Assembly: GCA_965197645.1 (NCBI GenBank)
Contig: OZ240219.1
Location: 416,001-480,000, forward strand
From: Dehalococcoidia bacterium
Lineage (GTDB): Bacteria > Chloroflexota > Dehalococcoidia > Plut-88900
Direction: 5' to 3'
Length of the DNA stretch: 64,000 bases
In this document: positions 26,720 to 38,715 of the stretch, in pieces
Layout of the letters: each line of letters begins with the position of its first letter
How positions within the stretch are numbered: position 1 is the first letter of the stretch
The notes under the pieces: generated by a model
What the model was told of the DNA's origin: nothing
Seen by the model: only the letters and a program-made list of their open reading frames with translations
Databases searched by the model: none
Made by a program: the position numbers and the translations under genes

Positions 26720-29011
26720 CTATGCCTTCAGCAGTGCCCTCAGAAGGAGCCTCGCCCCCTCCTTGTCCAGCGGCTCGTTGTTGTTGCCGCACTTGGGGGA
26801 TTGGACACAGCTGGGGCAGCCGTCCTCGCAGGGGCACCCTTCCAGGGTATCCAGGGTCACCCTCCAAAGCTGCTCCATCAGCTCGTACCCCTTCTCGGCG
26901 ATGCCGATGCCTCCCGGATGCCCGTCGTAGATGAAGACCTGGGGTCGCCCCGTGTCGGGGTGCATCGGGGTGGACAGACCGCCGATGTCGTTGCGATCAC
27001 AAAGGGCAAACATCGGCAGTATCCCGATGGCCGTATGCTCGGCGGCGTGGAGAGACCCGGAAAAGTCCAGCCTCTCACTTCGCATATCGACCTTGATTCC
27101 CTCGGGAATATCGAACCACAGGGCCATCGTATCGAAGACCCTGGGTGGCAGGTCCAGCATCTCCTCGCTGATCATCTCCTCGGTCAGCTGGGCCTTTCGC
27201 CGGTATCCGGTTACCTGGTTGGACACCTCGACCCGACCGAAGTAGGCGGTCACACTCCCCGCCGATCGCTTCTCCTTCACCTTCGTTATGCGGATATCGG
27301 TCAGGTCCATCGCCTGGGTGTAGTAGTTCACCTTGGTGGGAACGGCCTGGGCCACCCGGGCCTCTATGTCCAGCTCGGTGATCAGGTACGGCTCGCCCTG
27401 GTGGAGGTAGACGGCGCCCGGGTGTATCTGAAAGAAGGCGGTGGACTCCTCGATGGTCTCCAGCACGGCGCCCGTGTCCTCCAGGACTATTACGTAGTTG
27501 TCCGATGAGGCGGAGCGTATGCTGACCTCTTCCGCCGGATATGTCACCTCGGTCGATAGATACCACTTGCCTCTGTTGGACTTGACCAGTCGCCGTTCCT
27601 CCAACCCTTGAAGTTGTTCGATGGAGCCCTCGCCAAAGAGCTGCTCGTCCCAGGAGGTCAACGGCCACTCGTAGGCGGCACACAGGAGGTGCGGCGCCAG
27701 GATGTAGGGGTTAGCCGGCGATATGAGGGTGTGCTCCTGGGGCTTCTCGAAGAAGTCCCTGGGATGCCTCATGTAGTACTGGTCGAGCGGGTTGTCCAAC
27801 CCGATGAGAAAGCTGAGAGACCTGTACTCCCGGCGTCCGCTCCGGCCGGCTTGCTGCCATGCGCTGGCTATGCTTCCGGGATAGCCGGTGAGGATGGTTG
27901 CATCCAGGTCTCCGATGTCTATGCCCAACTCCAGCGCGTTGGTGGCGCAGACCCCCAGAAGTTCGCCCTCGAACAGCCCCTTTTCGATTCGGCGGCGTTC
28001 CTCGGCCAGGTATCCGGCCCGGTAGGGCATTATTCGTTGCGTCAGATACGGCTCGGTGGACTGGAGCTGATTTCGAGCGTACATGTAGATCAGTTCCGCC
28101 ATCCTGCGGCTCCGGGCGAAGGTGAGGGTGCGAATATCCCGCCGCACCAGGTTGGTAAAGAGGGTCGCGGCCTCCGTGTTAGCGCTCTTCCGCGCGCTCC
28201 GCGCCTCGTCTACGAAGGGCGGATTCCAGAACACGAACTCCTTTTCTCCACTGGGAGAACCGTCCCTAGCCACCACCTGGAAAGGTTGGCCGGTCAGCGC
28301 CTCCGCGTGTTGCTCAGGATTGGCGATGGTGGCGGAGCTGAGCACGAACCGGGGCGACGAGCCGTGCAGCCTGCACAGCCTGACCAACCTTCGCACGATG
28401 TTTGCTACGTGGGACCCGAAAACTCCCCGGTAGACGTGGGCCTCATCAATGACCACGAACTCCAACCTTCTGAGGAACTTGGTCCACGATTTATGGTTGG
28501 GCAGTATCCCCATGTGGAGCATGTCTGGATTGGTGATCAGGACATGGGCCGACCGGCGAACCCATCCCCGCTCTTCATAGGGCGTGTCTCCGTCATAGGT
28601 CGCTGTGTTGATTCCAGCAAGAGCAGGCTCCGACCCGATCAGATTCTTCAACGCTCTCCACTGGTCCTGGGCCAGCGCCTTGGTGGGAAACAGGTAGATC
28701 GCCCGGGCGCCCGGTGTTGCCAGCAGCGCGTCCAGGACCGAGGCGTTGTAGACCAGGCTCTTGCCGCTGGCCGCCGGTGTCACCATCATCACATTGTTGC
28801 CGGCCTTCAAGGCGTCGACGGCCTGGGCCTGATGGGTATACAGGGGCAACAGTCCCGACCTTTCCAAGGCCCGGGTCAGCGCGGGATGGAATCTGGGCCG
28901 CGAATCGCCGTACTCAGGCGACTTGGGAGGAATCTTTTCCAGATGGACTATCTGGTTTTCGTACTCGGGATGAGCGCGTATGCCCTCGATTACTCCTGAT
29001 CCATCTATCAT
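26720..29011 (-). CDS. DEAH-box helicase with C-terminal DUF1998 (MrfA/SftH/Hrq1-like)
   Basis: LYTHQ, TPAASGKS, DEAH, SAT, ALELGIDIG, QQAGRSGR, HAAEH, CPCEDGCPSC. Confidence 0.93.
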   Translation of the reverse strand: MIDGSGVIEGIRAHPEYENQIVHLEKIPPKSPEYGDSRPRFHPALTRALERSGLLPLYTHQAQAVDALKAGNNVMMVTPAASGKSLVYNASVLDALLATPGARAIYLFPTKALAQDQWRALKNLIGSEPALAGINTATYDGDTPYEERGWVRRSAHVLITNPDMLHMGILPNHKSWTKFLRRLEFVVIDEAHVYRGVFGSHVANIVRRLVRLCRLHGSSPRFVLSSATIANPEQHAEALTGQPFQVVARDGSPSGEKEFVFWNPPFVDEARSARKSANTEAATLFTNLVRRDIRTLTFARSRRMAELIYMYARNQLQSTEPYLTQRIMPYRAGYLAEERRRIEKGLFEGELLGVCATNALELGIDIGDLDATILTGYPGSIASAWQQAGRSGRREYRSLSFLIGLDNPLDQYYMRHPRDFFEKPQEHTLISPANPYILAPHLLCAAYEWPLTSWDEQLFGEGSIEQLQGLEERRLVKSNRGKWYLSTEVTYPAEEVSIRSASSDNYVIVLEDTGAVLETIEESTAFFQIHPGAVYLHQGEPYLITELDIEARVAQAVPTKVNYYTQAMDLTDIRITKVKEKRSAGSVTAYFGRVEVSNQVTGYRRKAQLTEEMISEEMLDLPPRVFDTMALWFDIPEGIKVDMRSERLDFSGSLHAAEHTAIGILPMFALCDRNDIGGLSTPMHPDTGRPQVFIYDGHPGGIGIAEKGYELMEQLWRVTLDTLEGCPCEDGCPSCVQSPKCGNNNEPLDKEGARLLLRALLKA

Positions 29012-29313
29012 AGAGCGTCCATAATCTCGATCTCGTAGTCCACCAGCTCGGCGTCTCCCCTGCTGTATCCGATGAAGTTGACTACCTCAGACATCATCTC
29101 GTTGACGTGCGAGGCATCGTTGCCGACACAGGAGAAACCCACCGTGGCCAGCTGCCACAGCTCCTGGTCTTCCACCTCGGCTATCGAGATGTTGAACTTG
29201 TTCGACGCCCGAGAGGTGAGCGATTTGAGCACCCTTCGCTTACCCTTGAGAGACTCGTTCTCGGGGATCCTGAGCTGGACCCTACAGACGCCTACTTTCA
29301 TGTTTCCAGCCAT
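29008..29313 (-). CDS. DUF503 / YlxP family protein
   Basis: SLKGKRRVLKSL..KFNISIAEVEDQELWQ. Confidence 0.9.
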   Translation of the reverse strand: MAGNMKVGVCRVQLRIPENESLKGKRRVLKSLTSRASNKFNISIAEVEDQELWQLATVGFSCVGNDASHVNEMMSEVVNFIGYSRGDAELVDYEIEIMDAL

Positions 29314-29352
29314 CCGGGGAGTGTGCTTGCCATTATAGAGCGATGGGACGCC

Positions 29353-30621
29353 CTATAGTACTATGAAGGTGACCCCCAGCACCGTCACAGTCACCCCAAG
29401 CATCGTCTTCCAGGTCAGCCGCTCTTTGAGGAATACCGGAGATAGTAGAGCGATCCACAGCAGCGATGTATTCCCCAAAGCGAAGGACACCGCCAACCCC
29501 GCCTTGTCTAGGGCTATCAGCAGCAGCAGGCTGCCCAGACCGAAGGAGAAGAACCCGTTGACTATCGTCACCAGGAACGTTTTACCGTCCGGCCTGATCA
29601 CGCTCTCAAGGGGTCCTCTTGCCGCGGGCTGGGACGCAGTCGACGGGCCGGCAAGGGTCAGCTCTATCCGGCGAGACATGGGCCAGCGCCCGACTCCCGT
29701 CGCCGTGGCCACCGCGGCGAGACCGCCCAGCATAGACTGAAAGTGGATACCTGCCGGGGTCTCCATGTAGAGATATGTTCCCCTGCCGTTCGGCTCCGCT
29801 CCGCCGTCGTAGACGGCCACGTTGGCGTCGTTTAGCTCGTCTTTCAGGCTCTCGATCTGTCGGTCGTCGACGGGTCCGCGCACCAGCACCCGGGTCCGCC
29901 CATCCTGCTTTGAGGGGACGGCTGCTTTGGGTGCTTGCGGACCGTCATCGGCCTGCTTTTCATCGGCTCCGGCCGGCAACCGAAGAAACTTTCCGACGCC
30001 CGCCGCATTCAGGACGCCCAGAAAGATGAAGATGCCGGTCATGCGGGCGGCATTGGCCGTGAATACGTCCACCTTTTCAATCGCTATCGTCTGAATGGTA
30101 AAGCCGCCCACCCAGAAACTGGTTACGAATACAAGGAATATCATCCCCTTGACACCCAGCCACGTCGCCTGGGTCAACTCGGTTTCCTTGCGTTGGGAGA
30201 AGCTCAGGGTGTAGATGCCGGTCAGGACTACCGCTATCCCGACGAGGGTCAGGGCGGACAGGTCTTCGTTCAGGATGAAAAGCCCTGAGATCACCGAGAG
30301 AATCGCTGTTATACCGCTGGAAAGGGGCGCCGCCTTGTTTACGTCCACATACCCGAGGAAGAACAGGTAGAGAGTGAAGCCTATACCGGCCGACGTCAGC
30401 CCCCCGATTATGCTGAGAATCAGGTAGGTGACGTCGACATCTGGCAGGTCCAGGAACTTACCCGATATCAACCACACGATAATGCTGAAGATCGCTCCTC
30501 CGAGCGTGGCCAACGACGCTTGGGTCAACGGCTTCAACCGCCTCGTCAGCGATTTGTCCACCAGCGACGAAAACGCGTGGGTAACCGATGAACCTAAGCC
30601 GGCCAGCTCGCCTGTCGGCAC
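29353..30621 (-). CDS. DMT/EamA family transporter with inserted soluble domain
   Basis: About 10 hydrophobic segments, ILNEDLS and FLKERLT EamA repeat ends; long hydrophilic insert in the second repeat. Confidence 0.8.
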   Translation of the reverse strand: MPTGELAGLGSSVTHAFSSLVDKSLTRRLKPLTQASLATLGGAIFSIIVWLISGKFLDLPDVDVTYLILSIIGGLTSAGIGFTLYLFFLGYVDVNKAAPLSSGITAILSVISGLFILNEDLSALTLVGIAVVLTGIYTLSFSQRKETELTQATWLGVKGMIFLVFVTSFWVGGFTIQTIAIEKVDVFTANAARMTGIFIFLGVLNAAGVGKFLRLPAGADEKQADDGPQAPKAAVPSKQDGRTRVLVRGPVDDRQIESLKDELNDANVAVYDGGAEPNGRGTYLYMETPAGIHFQSMLGGLAAVATATGVGRWPMSRRIELTLAGPSTASQPAARGPLESVIRPDGKTFLVTIVNGFFSFGLGSLLLLIALDKAGLAVSFALGNTSLLWIALLSPVFLKERLTWKTMLGVTVTVLGVTFIVL

Positions 30622-30712
30622 CTTCTGCCCTCTGCTACTGAATTACATGTCATGCTGATGCTGCAATGGCCACAAAAAATACCACGCCCCACTCTTGAAG
30701 ACAACGATTCTA

Positions 30713-30758
30713 TTGACGGTTTACCCCAGCAATAATACAATTGTGCCAGATAGCACAA
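30713..30758 (+). promoter_or_regulatory. rex promoter with overlapping Rex operator
   Basis: TTGACG(30713)-N17-TACAAT(30736); TTGTGC-CAGATA-GCACAA (30741-30758) fits TTGTG-N8-CACAA. Confidence 0.8.
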
Positions 30759-30854
30759 TTGGTTTCCTTTGCCCGCCGGCGGAATCGTGGCGAGGTGGGG
30801 GTCCAACTCTTCTCGTGGTGCTTCTAGACTCTTCTAGACGAGAGGTGCCTACCG

Positions 30855-31475
30855 ATGGCAGAGGCCATCCCCGAAGTAGTGATTCTGAGGTTGCCCCTCT
30901 ATGTCAGAGCACTGGCTCAGCTTAGCTCGTCGGGCATAGAGGTGGTCAGCTCCCACGCCTTGGGGGATAAGCTCTTGATCACCCCTGCTCAGATCAGAAA
31001 AGACCTGAGCTACTTCGGCCGGTTCGGTAAGCAGGGACGGGGCTACAGCGTCCCCTACCTTTTGTCCGAGCTGAGATCGATCATGGGACTGGACCAGGAA
31101 TGGAACGCCGCCCTGGTGGGGGTGGGCCGGTTGGGACGGGCCATCATCACCTATCCCGGCTTCCCAAGAGAGGGCTTTCACGTAGTTGAGGTCTTCGACA
31201 TAGCCGACGAGCTGGTGGGTACAACCGTCGAAGGACGGACCGTCCGAGGCATGGCGGACATGGACAACATAATCAAAGAGCGGGACATCCACATCGGCAT
31301 AGTAGCCGTCCCGGAGAACCATGCCCAGCGAGTGCTGGACCAGCTGGTGAGTAGTGGCGTGCAGGGGATCCTGAACTATGCTCCCATCTCGCCCCAGGTG
31401 CCCGAAGGGGTATGGGTAAGAAACGTGGACCCTGTACTGGCCCTCCAGACCCTCACCTTCCACCTCAAGGTCTAA
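30855..31475 (+). CDS. rex: Redox-sensing transcriptional repressor Rex
   Basis: RLPLY, SS..L, AQIRKDLSYFG.FG..G.GY, VGVGRLGRA, GILNYAP. Confidence 0.96.
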   Translation: MAEAIPEVVILRLPLYVRALAQLSSSGIEVVSSHALGDKLLITPAQIRKDLSYFGRFGKQGRGYSVPYLLSELRSIMGLDQEWNAALVGVGRLGRAIITYPGFPREGFHVVEVFDIADELVGTTVEGRTVRGMADMDNIIKERDIHIGIVAVPENHAQRVLDQLVSSGVQGILNYAPISPQVPEGVWVRNVDPVLALQTLTFHLKV

Positions 31476-31502
31476 CCTGCCTATCCCGGCTCAATAGAGC
31501 GC

Positions 31503-31551
31503 AAAAGCAACGCCGCTCCCGGTCAACCAGACCTGAGTGAGCGGCGTTTTT
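31503..31551. terminator. Probable bidirectional terminator between convergent rex and atpC
   Basis: AACGCCGCTC..GAGCGGCGTT stem with flanking A and T runs. Confidence 0.65.
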
Positions 31552-31571
31552 CTACCTGTATGTACGTAAGA

Positions 31572-32012
31572 TCAGGGCTCGGTCCGAGGCTGGCCTGGAC
31601 CACCTCTGCGTCCTCGCCTGCCCGCCACCTTTATGCGCATCCTGGACCGCCGCAACGAGGCCAGCGCCACGGCCAAGTCCTTATCAGTCGAGGCCGTCTT
31701 GACCCTCTCTTCGGCCCGCTTCATTGCCGTTTCGGCCCGCTCCATGTCGATATCGTCGGCCCGTTCCGCGGCGTCGGCCAGAATGGTTAGCTTGTTCTGA
31801 AACACCTCGAGAAAACCGCCGCTAATGGCCATGGCGGTCTCGTCGTTGTCTTTCTTGATCCGTAGCTCGCCGGGCTGGAGAGCGGTGAGCAACGGGGCAT
31901 GCCGGGGCAATATGCCCAGCTCACCCATGATGCCGGGCGCCACGACCATGTCCACTTCGTCGGAGTAGACTATCCGTTCCGCCGTGACTATCTCCAGTTG
32001 TAGTATGGCCAC
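31572..32012 (-). CDS. atpC: ATP synthase F1 epsilon
   Basis: LEIVTAER, GELGILPRHAPL, SGGFLEV, LADAAE. Confidence 0.95.
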   Translation of the reverse strand: MAILQLEIVTAERIVYSDEVDMVVAPGIMGELGILPRHAPLLTALQPGELRIKKDNDETAMAISGGFLEVFQNKLTILADAAERADDIDMERAETAMKRAEERVKTASTDKDLAVALASLRRSRMRIKVAGRRGRRGGPGQPRTEP

Positions 32013-32059
32013 TGTAGTGTCAGCTCCAGACTTGCCAAGCTATGGAAAAGGCCTCTCGC

Positions 32060-33472
<1,413 letters not shown>

Positions 33473-33576
33473 TCAGAAATTTAGCTGGGACCGATGGGAC
33501 AGATGCTCTATGCCTCTGATAGTTCTTGCCTATGAATCCCCAACTTCAGCCGCTGTATCTACAGATGAAATCAGGT

Positions 33577-34440
33577 CTACCCCTCCAGTGCCGCCACCCC
33601 GCCGGTGATATCGAGTAGGTCGGTTGTGATTGCCTCTTGCCGGGCCTTGTTGTACACCAGGGTAAGGTCCTGGATCATATCGTTGGCATTCTCGGTTGCG
33701 TTGCGCATCGCCACCATCCGGGCCGACTGCTCGCTGGCGATGGCCTCCAGCACGGCCTCATAGACCTGCATCTCTACGAACCGGGGCAGCAACTCGCCCA
33801 GCACCTGGAGACTGTCGGGCTCGTAGATGTAACCGGCCCCGACGGACCCCTCGGCTGTCACCGGCTCTATGGGAAGAATCCGGGTCATCATAGGCCGTTG
33901 GACGGCGGTGGTCACAAACTTGGGGTAGGAGAGGTATACGCTGTCGGCGGAGCCCTTGGTGTAGTCGTCTATCACAATACGGGCGATAGGCAGAATGTCC
34001 AACAAGGCCGGCCGATCGCCAAGATCGGTGAAGACCGCCTTCACGTTCCGCCCGAACCGGGTCATGAAGTCCCGGCCCTTACTCCCGACGGTAACCAGGG
34101 TGGACTCGGCGCCGTTCCCGTTCAGCATGAAGCTGCTGGCCGATCGGTTGACGTTGGCCACCAGCCCTCCGCACAGGCCCCTATCCGGGGTGATGTGTAT
34201 GATCTCCGTGTTACGGATCTCCCGCTTCTCCAGGAGGGGATGAGCGCCCTCTCCCTCCTGGGGTTGGGACGCCAGGTGGGAAAGCATTTCCACCATCTTC
34301 TCGGCATACGGCCTGGCGGCCAGGACCCGCTCTTGGGCACGTCTCATCTTAGACGCGGCCACCAACTCCATCGCCCGGGTTATCTTCGCCGTATTTTCGA
34401 CGCTGCGGATGCGCCGTCTTATCAGTCTTATATTGGCCAT
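33577..34440 (-). CDS. atpG: ATP synthase F1 gamma
   Basis: KITRAMELVAASK, DRGLCGG, ASEQSARMVAM, NKARQEAIT. Confidence 0.97.
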   Translation of the reverse strand: MANIRLIRRRIRSVENTAKITRAMELVAASKMRRAQERVLAARPYAEKMVEMLSHLASQPQEGEGAHPLLEKREIRNTEIIHITPDRGLCGGLVANVNRSASSFMLNGNGAESTLVTVGSKGRDFMTRFGRNVKAVFTDLGDRPALLDILPIARIVIDDYTKGSADSVYLSYPKFVTTAVQRPMMTRILPIEPVTAEGSVGAGYIYEPDSLQVLGELLPRFVEMQVYEAVLEAIASEQSARMVAMRNATENANDMIQDLTLVYNKARQEAITTDLLDITGGVAALEG

Positions 34441-34455
34441 CTACAGGTCTCTGTG

Positions 34456-35964
34456 CTAGTAGGTCCCAGCCTGCTTGAACTCTTCGATAGCTTTGTCCAG
34501 CGATTCGGCCACGTCATCGGGAATGTCCTTGGATTCGGCAACCTTTTTGGCTATGTCCGGGTGACTGGCCTGCATAAACTGGTGGAATCCGGTCTCGAAG
34601 CCGCTCACCTTCTCCACGGGTACGTCGTCCATGTAGCCGTTGATAGCAGCGTATATGATCATCACCTGCTGCTCGAGGGGCACCGGCACGTACTGGCCCT
34701 GCTTCAGGATCTCCGTTATCCTCTGGCCTCTCTCAAGCTGCCTTCGAGTGGCGGCGTCCAAGTCCGCCGTGCCGAACTGGGCAAAAGCGGCAAGCTCTCT
34801 GAACTGGGCCAGGTCCAGCCGCAGCCTTCCCGCCACCTTCTTCATAGCCCTGGTCTGGGCCGCACCGCCAACCCTGGACACCGAGAGACCCACGTTCATC
34901 GCCGGCCTCTGACCGGCGTTGAAAAGGTCGGTCTCCAGGTAGATCTGTCCATCGGTGATGGAGATGACGTTGGTCGGTACGTAGGCCGACACGTCGCCGG
35001 CCTGGGTCTCGATTATCGGCAGCGCCGTAAGCGACCCGCCACCCAATGACTCGTCCAGCTTGGCCGCTCGCTCCAGCAACCGGCTGTGAAGGTAGAACAC
35101 GTCGCCGGGGTAGGCTTCACGGCCCGGCGGCCTGCGCAGAAGCAGGGACACCTGCCTGTATGCCCAAGCGTGCTTCGATAGATCGTCGTAGATGATAAGG
35201 GCGTCCTTGCCCTCTTCCATGAACTGCTCGCCGATGGAGCAGCCGGCGTAGGGAGCTATGTACTGCATGGGCGCTGGGTCCGAGGCGTTGGCCGAGACCA
35301 CCAAGGTGTGCTCCATTGCCCCATACTGCTCCAGCAGGGCCGCCGTCTGGGCCACTTTGGAAGCCTTCTGCCCGATGGCGACGTAGATGCAGACCAGGTC
35401 TCCGCCTTTCTGATTGATAATGGTGTCTATGGCGATGGCCGATTTGCCCGTGGAGCGGTCTCCGATGATCAGCTCCCGCTGTCCCCTGCCGATGGGAATC
35501 ATGCTATCGATGGCCTTGATCCCCGTCTGCACCGGCGTGTCCACCGAGCTCCGGCTAACGACGTTGGGCGCTACAATCTCCACCGGCCGGGTCTTGCTTG
35601 CGTTGATGGGCCCTCGTCCGTCGATGGGCTCGCCCAGCGAGTTGATCACCCGGCCTATCAGACCTTCCCCTACCGGCACCTCTGCGATACGGCCCGTAGA
35701 GCGGACTTCGTCACCCTCCTTGAGCTCCGAGTCCTCTCCAAGGATGATGGCCCCCACAGTCTCTTCCTCAAGGTTCAGGGCCATGGCCGTGACGCCGTTG
35801 GGGAACGTAAGGAGCTCGTTGGACTTGACGCCCGATAGGCCGTGGATCCTGGCGATGCCGTCCCCAACCTCCACCACCGTCCCCACGTCCACCATCGCCA
35901 CTTCGGCGCCGAACTCCTCTATCTGCTGTTTGATTATGGAAGCTATGTCTTGAGAACCTACCAT
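34456..35964 (-). CDS. atpA: ATP synthase F1 alpha
   Basis: [40 protein letters not shown]. Confidence 0.98.
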   Translation of the reverse strand: MVGSQDIASIIKQQIEEFGAEVAMVDVGTVVEVGDGIARIHGLSGVKSNELLTFPNGVTAMALNLEEETVGAIILGEDSELKEGDEVRSTGRIAEVPVGEGLIGRVINSLGEPIDGRGPINASKTRPVEIVAPNVVSRSSVDTPVQTGIKAIDSMIPIGRGQRELIIGDRSTGKSAIAIDTIINQKGGDLVCIYVAIGQKASKVAQTAALLEQYGAMEHTLVVSANASDPAPMQYIAPYAGCSIGEQFMEEGKDALIIYDDLSKHAWAYRQVSLLLRRPPGREAYPGDVFYLHSRLLERAAKLDESLGGGSLTALPIIETQAGDVSAYVPTNVISITDGQIYLETDLFNAGQRPAMNVGLSVSRVGGAAQTRAMKKVAGRLRLDLAQFRELAAFAQFGTADLDAATRRQLERGQRITEILKQGQYVPVPLEQQVMIIYAAINGYMDDVPVEKVSGFETGFHQFMQASHPDIAKKVAESKDIPDDVAESLDKAIEEFKQAGTY

Positions 35965-36025
35965 GGTCCCAGCCTTTCCATCATCACTGTAGTCTTCAGC
36001 TCAGTCGGGTTTACTCGGGTCAAAA

Positions 36026-36556
36026 TCAGCTAACGAGGGTCTTCTTCAGCTCTTCGAGCTTCGTTCTGGTGCTGCCGTCCAGAAGCCGGTCGCCTATCTT
36101 CACCACCAGCCCACCGATCAGGTCAGAGTCGGTATCGGTAGACAGGGAAATCTCCTTACCCGTCGCCTGCGCCAACTGTTCGGCGATGTGCCCCTTGGTT
36201 GTATCGTCCAGGGGCAGGGCTGCGGTGACCTCCACCGATTGAAGACCGCGGTGGGCGTTGACCAGGTTTCGGAATTTATCGGCGATCTGGGGCGCCAGGC
36301 CTGCTCTGAGCTTGGTAACCAGCAGACTGGCCAGGTTCAGCGCCAGCGGCGACGATCCGGAAAGCTGTTTCTGTACAAGCTCCAGCTTCACGTCCGGTCG
36401 CACTTTGGGACTCTCCAGGACCGATCTGAACAGGGCGTTCTGCATGGCGGAGGCCAGAGCGTCCAGATCGCTCTGCCACTGGTCCATGTCGTCCCGCTCC
36501 AGAGCGATCTCGAAGACCGCCTGGGCGTACCTTCTCGCCGAGCCCCTGCCTGCCAT
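36026..36556 (-). CDS. atpH: ATP synthase F1 delta
   Basis: ARRYAQAVF, DSDLIGGLVVKIGDRLLDGS. Confidence 0.95.
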   Translation of the reverse strand: MAGRGSARRYAQAVFEIALERDDMDQWQSDLDALASAMQNALFRSVLESPKVRPDVKLELVQKQLSGSSPLALNLASLLVTKLRAGLAPQIADKFRNLVNAHRGLQSVEVTAALPLDDTTKGHIAEQLAQATGKEISLSTDTDSDLIGGLVVKIGDRLLDGSTRTKLEELKKTLVS

Positions 36557-36604
36557 ACCAGCTACTTCCCTGTTCCTTCTTTCGTGCTCCCGGCCACCGG
36601 TCCC

Positions 36605-37138
36605 CTAATCCTCGTTCTTTGCCGCTTCCCGGCCATTACCGTTCGTCTTGGCGCCGATGTTCTCCTCCAGCACGTCCTCGATCAGCCTGCGATGCTGCTC
36701 CTCGTCCAACGAGGCGTTTATCACCTTCTCGGCGGCGGAGATAGCCAGTCCGGCGAATTCCTGGCGTACCTTTTCGACGGCGTCGTCCCGTTCTCTCTGT
36801 ATCTCACCCCGGGCGCGAACGATCAGGGCCTCGCCTTCCTGCTGGGCCTGGTCCCTCGCCTCACCCTTGATCCGCTCCCCGATTTCTGCGGCCTCGCCGA
36901 TCAGCTTCTGGCCTTCCCTGCGGGCCTCGTCCAGGCTCTTCTTGACCTCTTCCTCGCTCTTCGCCGTCTCCTGCTGCATCTTCTCGGCGGCTTCAAGGCT
37001 CTCCTTGATCCGGCCCGAGCGCCGTTCCAGCATCCGCAGTATGGGTTTGTACAGGATGAGGCGAAGTATGATCAGCACCAACAGAACGTTTATCACCTGG
37101 ACGATGAGACCAGGCAGGTTTATTCCCAACTCACCCAC
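36605..37138 (-). CDS. atpF: ATP synthase Fo subunit b
   Basis: LGINLPGLIVQVIN TM, YKPILRMLERR, long coiled coil. Confidence 0.95.
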   Translation of the reverse strand: MGELGINLPGLIVQVINVLLVLIILRLILYKPILRMLERRSGRIKESLEAAEKMQQETAKSEEEVKKSLDEARREGQKLIGEAAEIGERIKGEARDQAQQEGEALIVRARGEIQRERDDAVEKVRQEFAGLAISAAEKVINASLDEEQHRRLIEDVLEENIGAKTNGNGREAAKNED

Positions 37139-37185
37139 TTGCCTCTCCTCTCAGCCAACATACGTCTTTCGTCATCTTTGTCCCA

Positions 37186-37479
<294 letters not shown>

Positions 37480-37494
37480 CTACGTGTTTGGTCC

Positions 37495-38715
37495 TTAGCC
37501 CTGTTCGTTCTCCGTTACGGGCTCAGGCGTCTCGTCTTCATGGGTCTCTTCACCGTGTCCATTGTGTGCCGCCATCGCTATCATCGCGAATATGAGCACC
37601 AGTATCGAGAATATAACGGCCTGGATGAAGCCGACAAATAGCTCCAGCCCGTAGAAGGGCACTACCAGCGCCAGCGGAATCAGGAAGCTCATGACGAAGA
37701 TGAGGATCTCCCCGGCGAACATGTTGCCAAAGAGACGGAAGGTGAAGCTGATCACCCTGGCGATCTCACTGACGCCTTCCAGCAGTCCCACAAAGATGTT
37801 CATCAGGCCCGTTCCGATGCCCTTTCGCAACGAGCCTATAGCAACGAACTTGCTGGCGTAGCCGAAGAAGCCCAGCGCTCGAATGCCCCAGAACTCCACC
37901 ATGACCATGCCGATAATCGCTATGGCCAGCGTCGTGTTCAACGCCGTGTTGGTGTTTCTGAAGAAGGGCACTATCAGCCCGACGTTCTTGCCTTCCTCCG
38001 GGGGATGTTCCAGGTACTCGGCCGCGGACATGGTCTGATCATGGAGGCTCAGGGGGAGGATGGAGAAGACGCTCACCTCGTCCAATAGCTGTAGCTCTTT
38101 CTCCTCCAGCTCCTCGAATATCGCCGCGCCTACGGGCAGCTCCTCCTGGTGGGCGATCCGGTCCTCGGGACTCAGGTGCACGTACTCCTCCAGCTGCTCC
38201 TCGGCCTCGTGCAGAGTGAGGTGGGGCTCGGCTTCCTCGGCCTTCTCCTCCACCACGTGCTCTATGACCACGTCCGCCGATTCGATGACTCCGACAGTGT
38301 TAAAGCCGGGGAGGAGGCTGATCCAGTTGTTGACAATGACAAAGAGGAAGATGGTGGCTACCAGCGGGAAGAATTTACGTGCGTTCTTGGGCCCGGCTAT
38401 CGCCTCTACCAGCCCGTAAAACCACCCGATGACCGCCTCGACGAAGTTCTGCCACCCGTTGGGAATCAGGCCCATCTTCCGCGTGGCAAAGAAGGCCATG
38501 AGGAGCAGGAGGGCCATGCCAACCCACGCAGAGATCATGGTGTTGGTGATGTTGAAGTCGCCCAGTGGGCCCAGGGGGAACAGATGGTGGGCTATCTTTT
38601 CGGGCTTGACGGATATCGGCGGGAAGGGAAATCTGAGGAGGGTCTGACCCAATACCAAAGAGCCCAGCGCCAAGATTACGATCGCCAGCACCTTTGGTCG
38701 GAGCAGTATGCCCAC
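37495..38715 (-). CDS. atpB: ATP synthase Fo subunit a with long acidic/His-rich insertion
   Basis: ITNT, QNFVE, NNWISLLPG, SFTFRLFGNMFAGE, VGFIQA; GTG start overlaps upstream TAG. Confidence 0.95.
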   Translation of the reverse strand: MGILLRPKVLAIVILALGSLVLGQTLLRFPFPPISVKPEKIAHHLFPLGPLGDFNITNTMISAWVGMALLLLMAFFATRKMGLIPNGWQNFVEAVIGWFYGLVEAIAGPKNARKFFPLVATIFLFVIVNNWISLLPGFNTVGVIESADVVIEHVVEEKAEEAEPHLTLHEAEEQLEEYVHLSPEDRIAHQEELPVGAAIFEELEEKELQLLDEVSVFSILPLSLHDQTMSAAEYLEHPPEEGKNVGLIVPFFRNTNTALNTTLAIAIIGMVMVEFWGIRALGFFGYASKFVAIGSLRKGIGTGLMNIFVGLLEGVSEIARVISFTFRLFGNMFAGEILIFVMSFLIPLALVVPFYGLELFVGFIQAVIFSILVLIFAMIAMAAHNGHGEETHEDETPEPVTENEQG

